Shown here: in pieces, positions 1 through 8,453 of the stretch
Position numbering within the stretch: the stretch's first letter is position 1
Layout: the number at the start of each line of letters is the position of its first letter
DNA from: a virus
Strand: one strand, 5' to 3'
Length of the DNA: 64,000 nucleotides
IMG/VR virus record: IMGVR_UViG_3300031539_000013
Notes under the pieces: model-generated
Told to the model about the DNA's origin: nothing
Database searches by the model: none
Seen by the model: the letters and a program-made list of their open reading frames with translations, nothing else
Position numbers and translations under genes: made by a program

Positions 1-1051
1 TGTCGTTGATAGATATGGCAAACCTATCATTATCGAGGGTAACAATATTAAATGCCCTCACCTGTAAGAAATAATCCATTGAGATATTCCCATAATACAC
101 TATCTCGTAAGTCTCTGCCCAACACACCCCATCCTTGTCAACCGGAGGAGCATGATATATTTTAAAGACAAGATTAATGATAGAGCTGGGAACATTGTCT
201 CCTAGTTCTGTTTCCTCGGTATAAAATGGGATGTAAACATCAAAATCATCTGACTTGATTACTGAACACACCCGCCCTGATCTATCTTTATAGACTATCC
301 CGAAAGAATGAACAGCACCACATTTTAGTTGGGGAAATTTTATTGTCAGACCAAGAGCCAAGATATAGGCAGTGATAACAAAATTTTCATATATGTCGTC
401 AACATCCCCTGCCTGGAATACTGGCACTTGCATAAAGGATTGATTCCTTGCATAAAAGAAAATCTTATTAGCACTCCATATACCATATACAATTTCAGCA
501 CCTACTCCGGCAGCTACCAAGGCGGCTATGAGCCCTGCTTTCACATCAACATAGGTGTCTCCTGCCAGAGCAGTATAAGAGACAGTATAATTAATGCCCT
601 CCACAACATTCAAGACAGAGATGCTATATATGGCTCCCTCTATGATAGTCAATGGCAATGTGACTACCGCTACCCCATACAGTGTTCTCCAAGACTGAGT
701 GCCATCCCATATACTTTTATCTACAGGGATAGGGCTAGGGAGTCCATCGTCTCCCATATTATAATAAACCCATTCTATTGATCCAAGATCATAACTGACA
801 AGCAGTGTAACTAGCGGCTCGTCAAGCGATACATCTTCATAGGTAATCTCAGTCTCTACTACAATATCAATAACATCATAACCCTCTTTGATTTTGCCAA
901 ACACAAGCGCATTGCCTCCCACTAACTCCATGTGGCCTGCTGTGATAGGCACATAGGTAAACGGTTCTGCAACGATGCCTGCATCGACAATCTCCTTCAC
1001 CCTGTCATTATAGAAGGAGACACCAATATCCGAGTTATGAGATGCTAACAT
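1..1051 (-). CDS. virion/tail-associated protein; 3' end runs off the window
   Basis: Not in the ORF track. ATG at 1051-1049 opens a minus-strand frame (MLASHNSDIGVSFYNDRVKEIVDAGIV...) that I translated by hand to nt 1 without a stop. It lies 6 nt downstream of the 138-aa gene in the packed structural operon. Confidence 0.6.
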   Translation of the reverse strand, partial: MLASHNSDIGVSFYNDRVKEIVDAGIVAEPFTYVPITAGHMELVGGNALVFGKIKEGYDVIDIVVETEITYEDVSLDEPLVTLLVSYDLGSIEWVYYNMGDDGLPSPIPVDKSIWDGTQSWRTLYGVAVVTLPLTIIEGAIYSISVLNVVEGINYTVSYTALAGDTYVDVKAGLIAALVAAGVGAEIVYGIWSANKIFFYARNQSFMQVPVFQAGDVDDIYENFVITAYILALGLTIKFPQLKCGAVHSFGIVYKDRSGRVCSVIKSDDFDVYIPFYTEETELGDNVPSSIINLVFKIYHAPPVDKDGVCWAETYEIVYYGNISMDYFLQVRAFNIVTLDNDRFAISIND

Positions 1052-1057
1052 TTCATT

Positions 1058-1474
1058 TTATGTTAAATAAATAGTCCCAAGAGTATTCCATTTTATTGTG
1101 CTTGTCCCATCGCCCACTATCTGATCATCAACGAAGTCAATCTGAGCACGTATCTTTGATGTTGCAGGGTTTCCTGTGTCCTGAAACAAGATGCCATAGC
1201 GATAATTAAGGGTTGCCCTTGGGCCAATAACCTTATCTGTTGCATCAAGATAATAATTATATCCATCTGCCACAGATGCCTTGCCCTCTATTGCCACACC
1301 GCCTGCAGTATAAGGGCCGCTTGCAGCTATCTCGTTTGCAGATACGTCATCAACAAACTGCTGTGTCCCGGCATTAGGAATATGACTATTGTTGAGTAGC
1401 ATAAGTTTCCATGTCTCCCCTACCCACACATCAGTAATTTCCTTTTTTACAAACTTTGGTATTAAACTTGGCAT
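1058..1474 (-). CDS. hypothetical virion protein (138 aa)
   Basis: Track ORF, co-oriented and tightly spaced within the tail/fibre module. Confidence 0.6.
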   Translation of the reverse strand: MPSLIPKFVKKEITDVWVGETWKLMLLNNSHIPNAGTQQFVDDVSANEIAASGPYTAGGVAIEGKASVADGYNYYLDATDKVIGPRATLNYRYGILFQDTGNPATSKIRAQIDFVDDQIVGDGTSTIKWNTLGTIYLT

Positions 1475-1485
1475 TTTATTATTAT

Positions 1486-3246
1486 TTAAGTTGCTGTTAT
1501 TACTGTAATCACATTAGAACTTATACTTGTCTCCCCTGTTGCGTATGCTCGTACCCTATAATAATAGGTAGTCCCTGCAGTTAATAATGTAACAGATATA
1601 GACTCTGCATAATCTGGTGTCCACTTATTTTCAAATCCAAAGATAAACGATCCAAATACAGGATCCGTTGAAACATCTATTTTATAGCTGGTAGCCCCAA
1701 CGGAAGGTTGCCAGTTAGCAGTAAAACTTGTCTGTAACACATTTGTTGCCACAATAGCCACAGGTGGGTCGGGACTAGATGTTGTCACAACAGTAATGAT
1801 ATTAGAGTTTACGCTTACCATTCCTGTCGAAGTATAAGCCCTCATACGATAATAATACGTTGTATTTTCTGTTAATCCAATAATCGTATGGTTTAAGACT
1901 GTCCCTACATTCTTATTCTCATATCCGGCTACAAAGGAAGTAAAGGCACTGTCTGTTGCTACATCGAGATAGTTTCCTATTGCTGTCGGTGATGCTGAAT
2001 TAATCCAATTAGCAGTAAATCTTGTTTGAAAAACATTTATAGCAGTCTGCGCAATAGGAGCCGATGGTCCTAACGGTAATGTAGCAACGGTTATTGTTGT
2101 AGAGTTCGCACTGGTACCCCCTGTATTATATGCCCTTATGCGATAATAATAAGAAGTGTATATTATTCGCTCGGGTAGCCCTGTGATGCCATGACCCAAC
2201 ACATTACCTACATCCAAATTCTCATAACCTGAGACAAATGAAATAAAATTAGGGCTTGTAGATACATCAATTTTATATCCTGTTGCTGTTGCGGCAGCAC
2301 CCCAATTGGCAGAGAAACTTGACTGATCCATATTTGTGCCAGCAGTAGGAACGGGAGCAGCAGGAGCATTTGGCAATGTTGCAACCGTGATAGTATTTGA
2401 ATTTGCACTTATCTCAACGCCTAAATAAGCCCTTACCCTGTAATAATAGGTAGTGTTTGCAGATAGTTCGGTGTTTATAAGAATACTTGTTGCGCCATCC
2501 GGAGTTATTTGATTGTCTTTTACCAGTGCAGTAAAGAGAATATCAGTTGCTACATCATACCTGTATCCCTGTGCCCCGCTTACTGCCTCCCAATTCATCC
2601 GAAAAGCGGTTTGCGCTACATCTGTCGCATCATCAGCTACAGGTGCTCCGAGAGCGGATGTTGTAACCGTTGTGATTACATTTGAATTTATGCTTAACTG
2701 TCCATCAGAAGCCCATGTCCTTACTCTTGTATAATATGTCGTGTCATGTGTCAACCCTGATATTGTTATGAATACATCCGTCCCAACACTCTTGTTATTA
2801 TATCCAGAGACAAAAGAAGCGAAAGTAGGGTCTACAGATACATCAATGTAATACTGCAATGCATTTAATGAAGGTGAAGCATTCCAGTTAGCTGTAAATC
2901 TATTCCCAAATATATTTATTGAAGCAATATTTAATGGTGGCAATGGTGCTGTTGCAACCGTATGGGTAGTGATCATATTTGAGTTATCGCTGATACCTCC
3001 TACATTATATGCCCTCACTCTATAATAATAGGTGTTATATTGATCTTCCTCTGTTAGTCCGGTTATGTTTAATGTTAATACATCCCCTACATCTAAATTC
3101 TCATACCCGGGCAAGAATGAAGCAAAAGTGTTACTTGTTGACACATCAATAGAATAACCTGTTGCTGTAGTAACAACATCCCAATTGGCAGTAAATGAAT
3201 TAATACTCATAGCAGTAGCAGCAGCAGCCACAGGAGCATCAGGACG
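1486..3246 (-). repeat. array of six ~97-aa FN3 coding repeats
   Basis: Periodic ...F(T/S)ANW....A.GY.IDVSTS..F.SFV.GYEN..VG........GL...T.YYYRVRAY...G.S.NSN.ITV.T from about aa 358 to the C terminus. Confidence 0.8.
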
Positions 3247-4317
3247 TTCAACATTAGTGACTGTTGGGGCAGGTATCGTTATCGCTAATTGGATGTATCC
3301 GGGCTCTGATGTCCTTGAAATCTCCATGCCTCGCTCCTGAGTATCAAACTTATTAATTGTCTCAATAAGATACCATTTTGATTTGTCGTCACTACTGCGA
3401 GCGATGACCTCAACAGCCCTGACCTCCTCTCCTCCTGAATTGACAATAATCTGCAACTTATTATTTAACGATATCATCTCGTTGGCAAGACCTGTGGCTG
3501 TCTCTTCCTCCGCTTGGGGCACAGGGACAATGCTTGCAGGCGAGAAGGTACTCTTTCTCCAATCCATGTAAACATAGCGATAGGCAAACTGAAATAATGT
3601 CTGTCGAAGGTTGTTTATCTTACGAGTATCATCCGATCTATATGTCACCTCTGGTGGATGAGTGGGGGGCATCGCCTCCAAATAGAAGTTCTTAACATCC
3701 ATGGAGTAATATGCATCCTCAATAAGACAGTTTAAATCTGTCCAGTGCGTCCCGTCATCTATCTTCGGTTCATTGCCTGTATTGCTGTCTATGATGCTTT
3801 TATAGAACTTATTGCCATCAGATACAATTTGATCGGTGCTATATGATGCTGTTGCATCCCATTCCTCGATGTCAGGGTATAGCCCATAGCCAATCTGGTG
3901 ATAGAATGATTTTTTTGCACGTTCAATATCCATCTGATAGATAGGGTTTAGATTGTCCGTCCAGACAATCCTCCCATGCACCACCTTGGCATTATATATC
4001 TTATAGTCAGGATTAAACCCTATTGCATTATACTGATCATAATACACAACTGTCTGTACCCTTGTGTCGATGTTAATCTCAATTATCCATGCTGAACCAA
4101 AAAATGTATCAATATAGAACACATAGAGATTCCTGTTCTCAGGATCAAGGCATCTGCCATTTAGAAGGATGTTTGTGATAGCTGAATCTGCTAATGGGTT
4201 AACCGTCCCTGCCTCTTTGATGAGCCTCACAGACCTCCAATATGATTTCAGTGCAGTGCCTTTTATTGCTGCGGCACTGTCATAAGAAAGGGTTAATATT
4301 TTTGCGTATAAACTCAT
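1486..4317 (-). CDS. tail fibre/adhesin: N-terminal domain plus six tandem fibronectin type III (FN3) modules
   Basis: 943 aa. A CBM5/12-like segment EEWDATASYSTDQIVSDGNKFYKSIIDSNTGNEPKIDDGTHWTDL sits in the N-terminal part. Six repeats each end in TYYYRVRAY-type strands. TAATG stop/start overlap with the upstream gene at 4317. Confidence 0.8.
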   Translation of the reverse strand: MSLYAKILTLSYDSAAAIKGTALKSYWRSVRLIKEAGTVNPLADSAITNILLNGRCLDPENRNLYVFYIDTFFGSAWIIEINIDTRVQTVVYYDQYNAIGFNPDYKIYNAKVVHGRIVWTDNLNPIYQMDIERAKKSFYHQIGYGLYPDIEEWDATASYSTDQIVSDGNKFYKSIIDSNTGNEPKIDDGTHWTDLNCLIEDAYYSMDVKNFYLEAMPPTHPPEVTYRSDDTRKINNLRQTLFQFAYRYVYMDWRKSTFSPASIVPVPQAEEETATGLANEMISLNNKLQIIVNSGGEEVRAVEVIARSSDDKSKWYLIETINKFDTQERGMEISRTSEPGYIQLAITIPAPTVTNVERPDAPVAAAATAMSINSFTANWDVVTTATGYSIDVSTSNTFASFLPGYENLDVGDVLTLNITGLTEEDQYNTYYYRVRAYNVGGISDNSNMITTHTVATAPLPPLNIASINIFGNRFTANWNASPSLNALQYYIDVSVDPTFASFVSGYNNKSVGTDVFITISGLTHDTTYYTRVRTWASDGQLSINSNVITTVTTSALGAPVADDATDVAQTAFRMNWEAVSGAQGYRYDVATDILFTALVKDNQITPDGATSILINTELSANTTYYYRVRAYLGVEISANSNTITVATLPNAPAAPVPTAGTNMDQSSFSANWGAAATATGYKIDVSTSPNFISFVSGYENLDVGNVLGHGITGLPERIIYTSYYYRIRAYNTGGTSANSTTITVATLPLGPSAPIAQTAINVFQTRFTANWINSASPTAIGNYLDVATDSAFTSFVAGYENKNVGTVLNHTIIGLTENTTYYYRMRAYTSTGMVSVNSNIITVVTTSSPDPPVAIVATNVLQTSFTANWQPSVGATSYKIDVSTDPVFGSFIFGFENKWTPDYAESISVTLLTAGTTYYYRVRAYATGETSISSNVITVITAT

Positions 4318-5723
4318 TATGCGTCTATAATTAAGTCTTTACAAAGTTTAGCTGCTGAATCTGTATGTCCTGCTTGTGCAATTATAAGGTCTGTATTATT
4401 TTCTCCTGTTCCTATTGCTGTTCCCGTACCTGTAACTGCTACTGCAACTATATTGCTCCATGTTTTCTCAGTACTTTGATCTGATGGTGCTGCCTCATAA
4501 TAAGTCGTACCCGCACCGTCAATATAAAATATTAATCCACCAGCGGGACCCACATCGCGTAAAGTATAAGCCCCAACAATATCTATAAATGAACGACAAG
4601 CACGAATACGATGTGTACTAACCTTACTTGTATTATCCATACTGCCCGAACCAAATTTTAGTGCGAAGGCATACGAAGCTGGGCTCGCAATACTTTCACT
4701 CGAACTCCAATAAGAATCACTTACTCCACTAAAGAAACCACCTATCCCATTTAAGAAAAGTTCTGTACGCATCGCATTTATCCCATCTCTTGATGGCAAG
4801 AACCAATCATCTGCTCTCCATAATGTAGTTATTGATTGTATATTTGAATCTTCACTTGCTCCAACTTCATTATACGCACGTATTCTGAAAAAATATTGTG
4901 TTTCTCCGACAAGTCCTGTCACTTCTTTAAGTAATACATTACCTACATCAAGATTAGTAAACCCTGCTACCATAGCAGTAAAATTCTCATCAGTAGCCAC
5001 ATCAAGATAATAACCGCTTGCCCCTACTACAGCACTCCAATTTGCCATAAAAGTTATAGCAGTTATTTCACTTCCATCAAGAGTTATCGGGGGGGTAGGC
5101 ACACCATCATCCTGTAACCATAACAAGCAATTGTCTCCAAGCAGTTCAAATAACAAATCAAACTTACCCCCCGGCACGGCACGGAAACCGCTACTGTCAT
5201 CTGCTCCTGTATTTGGTGGAGTCCAATGGCTGTCACCTACCTCCTTCATTTTACCTCCTGCAAGCATCTCTCCACCTAGTTCTTCCAATAGCTCATCCAT
5301 ATCTGCTTCCGTAGGCATCTTCCATCCGGGAGGACAGAAATCGGCTGACATAGCCTGACCATGTGTATATAATCTTCCGTAGATAGAGATATTGTCGTCA
5401 TTATCATTATACACCTTGCTGCCGGGATAATCTACATCGTAGTTTTTCTTCATCCATGTCTGATTGCCTACGGTAAACTCATCAAACCCATAATAGATAA
5501 ACTCGCCCCCTATTGCTCCACCATAATAGGCTGCCGGGGCAGATACTCCTAATAAGATTTCTATTTCGCCCTGTAATGTCTCCCAGATTCCGGCACCGTG
5601 CTGCTCGTCACTGCTCAAAGTTCTTGCGTTCAAAGATCCTGCATAATCACCAGGAGGAAGATTTGATGGGGAGTCATCAGCATTAAGCCCCCCACGAAAA
5701 TCGTGCGGATCATTAATCTTCAT
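4317..5723 (-). CDS. chimeric adhesin: Fib_succ_major-like domain + FN3 + DUF1566 (Lcl C-terminal)-like domain
   Basis: Three motifs support the three domains. VGNQTWMKKNYDV...YGRLYTHGQAM...CPPGWKMPTEADMDELLEELGG..AGGKMKE...HWTPPNTGADDSSGFRAVPGG matches my memory of TIGR02145. FMANWSAVVGASGYYLDVATDENF...QYFFRIRAYNEVG is FN3. DDWFLPSRDGINAMRTELF...YWSSSE is DUF1566-like. Confidence 0.75.
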   Translation of the reverse strand: MKINDPHDFRGGLNADDSPSNLPPGDYAGSLNARTLSSDEQHGAGIWETLQGEIEILLGVSAPAAYYGGAIGGEFIYYGFDEFTVGNQTWMKKNYDVDYPGSKVYNDNDDNISIYGRLYTHGQAMSADFCPPGWKMPTEADMDELLEELGGEMLAGGKMKEVGDSHWTPPNTGADDSSGFRAVPGGKFDLLFELLGDNCLLWLQDDGVPTPPITLDGSEITAITFMANWSAVVGASGYYLDVATDENFTAMVAGFTNLDVGNVLLKEVTGLVGETQYFFRIRAYNEVGASEDSNIQSITTLWRADDWFLPSRDGINAMRTELFLNGIGGFFSGVSDSYWSSSESIASPASYAFALKFGSGSMDNTSKVSTHRIRACRSFIDIVGAYTLRDVGPAGGLIFYIDGAGTTYYEAAPSDQSTEKTWSNIVAVAVTGTGTAIGTGENNTDLIIAQAGHTDSAAKLCKDLIIDA

Positions 5724-6802
5724 TAGCGTTTAGGGCTTTGGCGGTATGTGCTATATAACATTCTCATGTACTCATCTTTTGTGAAGCTATTTTCAAAGAA
5801 GCGTAGTGCTTCAATGGATTCAGTAAATTCTCTTTTAAGGCGTTCCTTCTCGTTGTACGCAACTCTAGGGTTATTCTCATCTTTATGCCACAAGATGTAA
5901 TTACGAAGTGGAGCAACTATCTCGCGCGGGATGACCGTTGTTCCGTCAAACTTCATCCCTGATGAGATGTATTCCAAGACAATCTCTGACCGTGGTGTTG
6001 ATCCGGAAAATACTATCCTGCGTGGGGTACTCTCCAAGTCAAAACGGAAGTAAGCACGATCTATCCCTCCCGGTAGCCCATATAATCCTCCTACAAACTG
6101 ACCATTGCGAAAATGATCACTGAAGAATATCGCATTTGATACTCCCTCTGATTCATCTGAGTCAGCATTTCCTACAACATCTCCGGTGTCGAAAGATGCT
6201 TCCCTTGTCACCGCATCACATAGTATGTTTGCTGCGCCATAAGTGCCGGATAGTGTTATTGTATCAACTCTCTTTACTGCGGGAGCATTGGGTGTCGTGG
6301 TGACGGCAGCACCCGTGAGATCACCCGATGTGTTTGTTATCGTTGTAAGTCCTGTAAAATCAACCCCTGCTACCGATGCTGTGAGTATAATGTCTGCACC
6401 CGAGGAGGTGACGACAACACCCCCTACAAGGTATGCTGCTGCATGATCTGTAACAAATTGTGCTGCTGTCTGAATAAGGGTATTGTAATAAGTCCTTGGC
6501 AAAAGGATTCTGTCATGAGGGGTGATAGCTCTTAGTTTACCATTAACAGGATAACCAAGTACTGACCAATCAACAAAATCCCCGGGCAAATCGCATGTCT
6601 TAGCCAGCGACATGTGTAAATACACAATTTCTTTTCCGATATCCGTGTGAAACAGCGCAAACTCCTCCGAAAAGCCCTCCACAGCTATCTGTGTGAGCCG
6701 TAAATATTGTTTCATGGAATAGTCCTGCAACCTGTTAAGCACAGACATCACTACATATCTGACTGTCACTAATCCGCTTATTTTTGGTGATTCTATTGAC
6801 AT
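5723..6802 (-). CDS. hypothetical virion protein (359 aa)
   Basis: Track ORF with a 1-nt TAATG overlap with the downstream gene. Lies in the structural module. Confidence 0.6.
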   Translation of the reverse strand: MSIESPKISGLVTVRYVVMSVLNRLQDYSMKQYLRLTQIAVEGFSEEFALFHTDIGKEIVYLHMSLAKTCDLPGDFVDWSVLGYPVNGKLRAITPHDRILLPRTYYNTLIQTAAQFVTDHAAAYLVGGVVVTSSGADIILTASVAGVDFTGLTTITNTSGDLTGAAVTTTPNAPAVKRVDTITLSGTYGAANILCDAVTREASFDTGDVVGNADSDESEGVSNAIFFSDHFRNGQFVGGLYGLPGGIDRAYFRFDLESTPRRIVFSGSTPRSEIVLEYISSGMKFDGTTVIPREIVAPLRNYILWHKDENNPRVAYNEKERLKREFTESIEALRFFENSFTKDEYMRMLYSTYRQSPKR

Positions 6803-6805
6803 GGC

Positions 6806-7465
6806 TTATTGGTTTTCAGGTCTTATAACTTCATCATTTGTGGTGTCCGGCATCGGCTTCTTGCTCATTATCTCAATCACCTGAGAGATCATATTCTCTT
6901 CCATCCCGCTAGGCATGGCAACATCATCGTAATCATCAAGTTGATTAAGAGGCACTATCATCAGCACATCAAGGCTATCAATGGTGACAACGGTAGGTAG
7001 CTTTTCCAATCTTAACATGTGGCTAGCCTCTCCTGCACCCGTGCTGTGACTGTTCTGTTCAAGGCTGTAAGTAGGCACTGAGTCTATTGTGCTGACATCC
7101 AATGCTCCAAACACCACACTGGCAGTTGCTTCTATTGGAACAAGCACCGTTGTTGGGTCAGCATGGTTTGATACTTGCCGCAACCCCATTCCGTCAGGTA
7201 ATTGTACCGGGGAAAATGGTAGCAAGGCATGGGCTTTTGCTCCTACCTGATCTGCCACGTCAACGGCATAGACCTTGCTCCATGCGTCTAGTTGACTAAA
7301 CTCACTGTACTTCTTACCATTCAGCCATGCGTTGTAAACAGACTGATTGAATACATTATTAAGGTGTACTGCGATCTCCTCGGGATGGAACACCGTCTTA
7401 CTGTCACCAGCGTTATCCGAGGCAAGGAAGCTCTGTATCGACTCTATTAAGTGAATTTTTTTCAT
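6806..7465 (-). CDS. hypothetical virion protein (219 aa)
   Basis: Track ORF, tightly packed in the structural module. Confidence 0.6.
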   Translation of the reverse strand: MKKIHLIESIQSFLASDNAGDSKTVFHPEEIAVHLNNVFNQSVYNAWLNGKKYSEFSQLDAWSKVYAVDVADQVGAKAHALLPFSPVQLPDGMGLRQVSNHADPTTVLVPIEATASVVFGALDVSTIDSVPTYSLEQNSHSTGAGEASHMLRLEKLPTVVTIDSLDVLMIVPLNQLDDYDDVAMPSGMEENMISQVIEIMSKKPMPDTTNDEVIRPENQ

Positions 7466-7609
7466 TTACTTCTTCTTTTTTGGTACGTGGATGGGTAATT
7501 TCTTACCCTTACTTGCGCTGTCCCATTCCTTGACATTAACCCCCTGTCTTCTTAACTCTTTCTCATGAGCGTGAAAATATGCTCTCTGTGCTTTACTTTT
7601 GTACGGCAT
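7466..7609 (-). CDS. small basic protein, 47 aa (MPxKSKAQ-type, DUF3008-like from memory)
   Basis: Below the track size cut-off. Hand translation gives MPYKSKAQRAYFHAHEKELRRQGVNVKEWDSASKGKKLPIHVPKKKK*. It fills the 7466-7611 gap exactly, and its stop abuts the next gene's ATG. Confidence 0.45.
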   Translation of the reverse strand: MPYKSKAQRAYFHAHEKELRRQGVNVKEWDSASKGKKLPIHVPKKKK

Positions 7610-7611
7610 GA

Positions 7612-8310
7612 CTATCCAGTTTTAAGTTTCTGTTCACTATAAGCAACTATCTCTTCAATACGGAGGTTTACCCCAATAAGAGCCATACACATCTTAGTCA
7701 GGGTAAAGTGCTCATCAACGGGATATTCTAGTTCTGTTGAATTAGCAGAGTCATAAGTAATCCCCCCATCAAATTCAGTATAAGCAAATACCGGATCAAT
7801 GGGAAACCTGTAATAATTAAGGTCACATGCGGTTATGGTCACTGGCCTGATATGTATGCCATCGACACGCATCACCCCAATAGGGTTCTGTAATGTCGGT
7901 CTCTTGGTGTAATTGCCTTCCCTCGATGCGAACTCATGCTCCCTTAATATCTCTACTGGCCTTGGTAGTGATGTGGGAGTACCGTTGATTGTCTTTGAGT
8001 AATTATAAGCAAGGGTGTCTCTGTGAGCATAATTATCGGGATATAGCATGACACCTGCCGTCACTGTCCTGTTTGCCAACCGCACCTTAAACGCTTTCAT
8101 ATCATCAGTGTTCTTTAGTGTGATGTCTGCACGTTCATTGGGAATCGGTCTCCCTGGTTGATATTCTTCGGGGATACCATATTTTTGCCGGAACAGGTCA
8201 ATGTTCACAACTTTGATGAGCATCTTAAACCGATCAGGAGTAATGATGTTACCATCATAGTCTTTGTTTACTATGAACTCAATAAGCGTGTATATCTCTC
8301 CCAAATTCAT
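7612..8310 (-). CDS. hypothetical virion protein (232 aa)
   Basis: Track ORF in the structural module. Confidence 0.6.
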   Translation of the reverse strand: MNLGEIYTLIEFIVNKDYDGNIITPDRFKMLIKVVNIDLFRQKYGIPEEYQPGRPIPNERADITLKNTDDMKAFKVRLANRTVTAGVMLYPDNYAHRDTLAYNYSKTINGTPTSLPRPVEILREHEFASREGNYTKRPTLQNPIGVMRVDGIHIRPVTITACDLNYYRFPIDPVFAYTEFDGGITYDSANSTELEYPVDEHFTLTKMCMALIGVNLRIEEIVAYSEQKLKTG

Positions 8311-8453
8311 TCTACGTTCCTCCTATTACAGTCTGTTTTTTATGTTAATCAGTTATTAATAATTATCAAATAAATTAGTATTATACATATAGAAGAAATA
8401 AAGACTGCTTTGTATTCAAAGGTTTTCATTTTTTCTTTTTAGTTGCCATATCT

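Noticed and set aside
329-781. 150-aa plus-strand ORF from the track
   Set aside because: It starts at a TTG and lies antisense to a continuous minus-strand reading frame (1-1051) that fits the operon. Its Cys/Tyr/Ile-rich composition looks like an antisense artefact.
1486-5723. Diversity-generating retroelement targeting the FN3/lectin-like fibres
   Set aside because: The window holds no reverse transcriptase gene and no template/variable repeat pair with adenine-specific differences.
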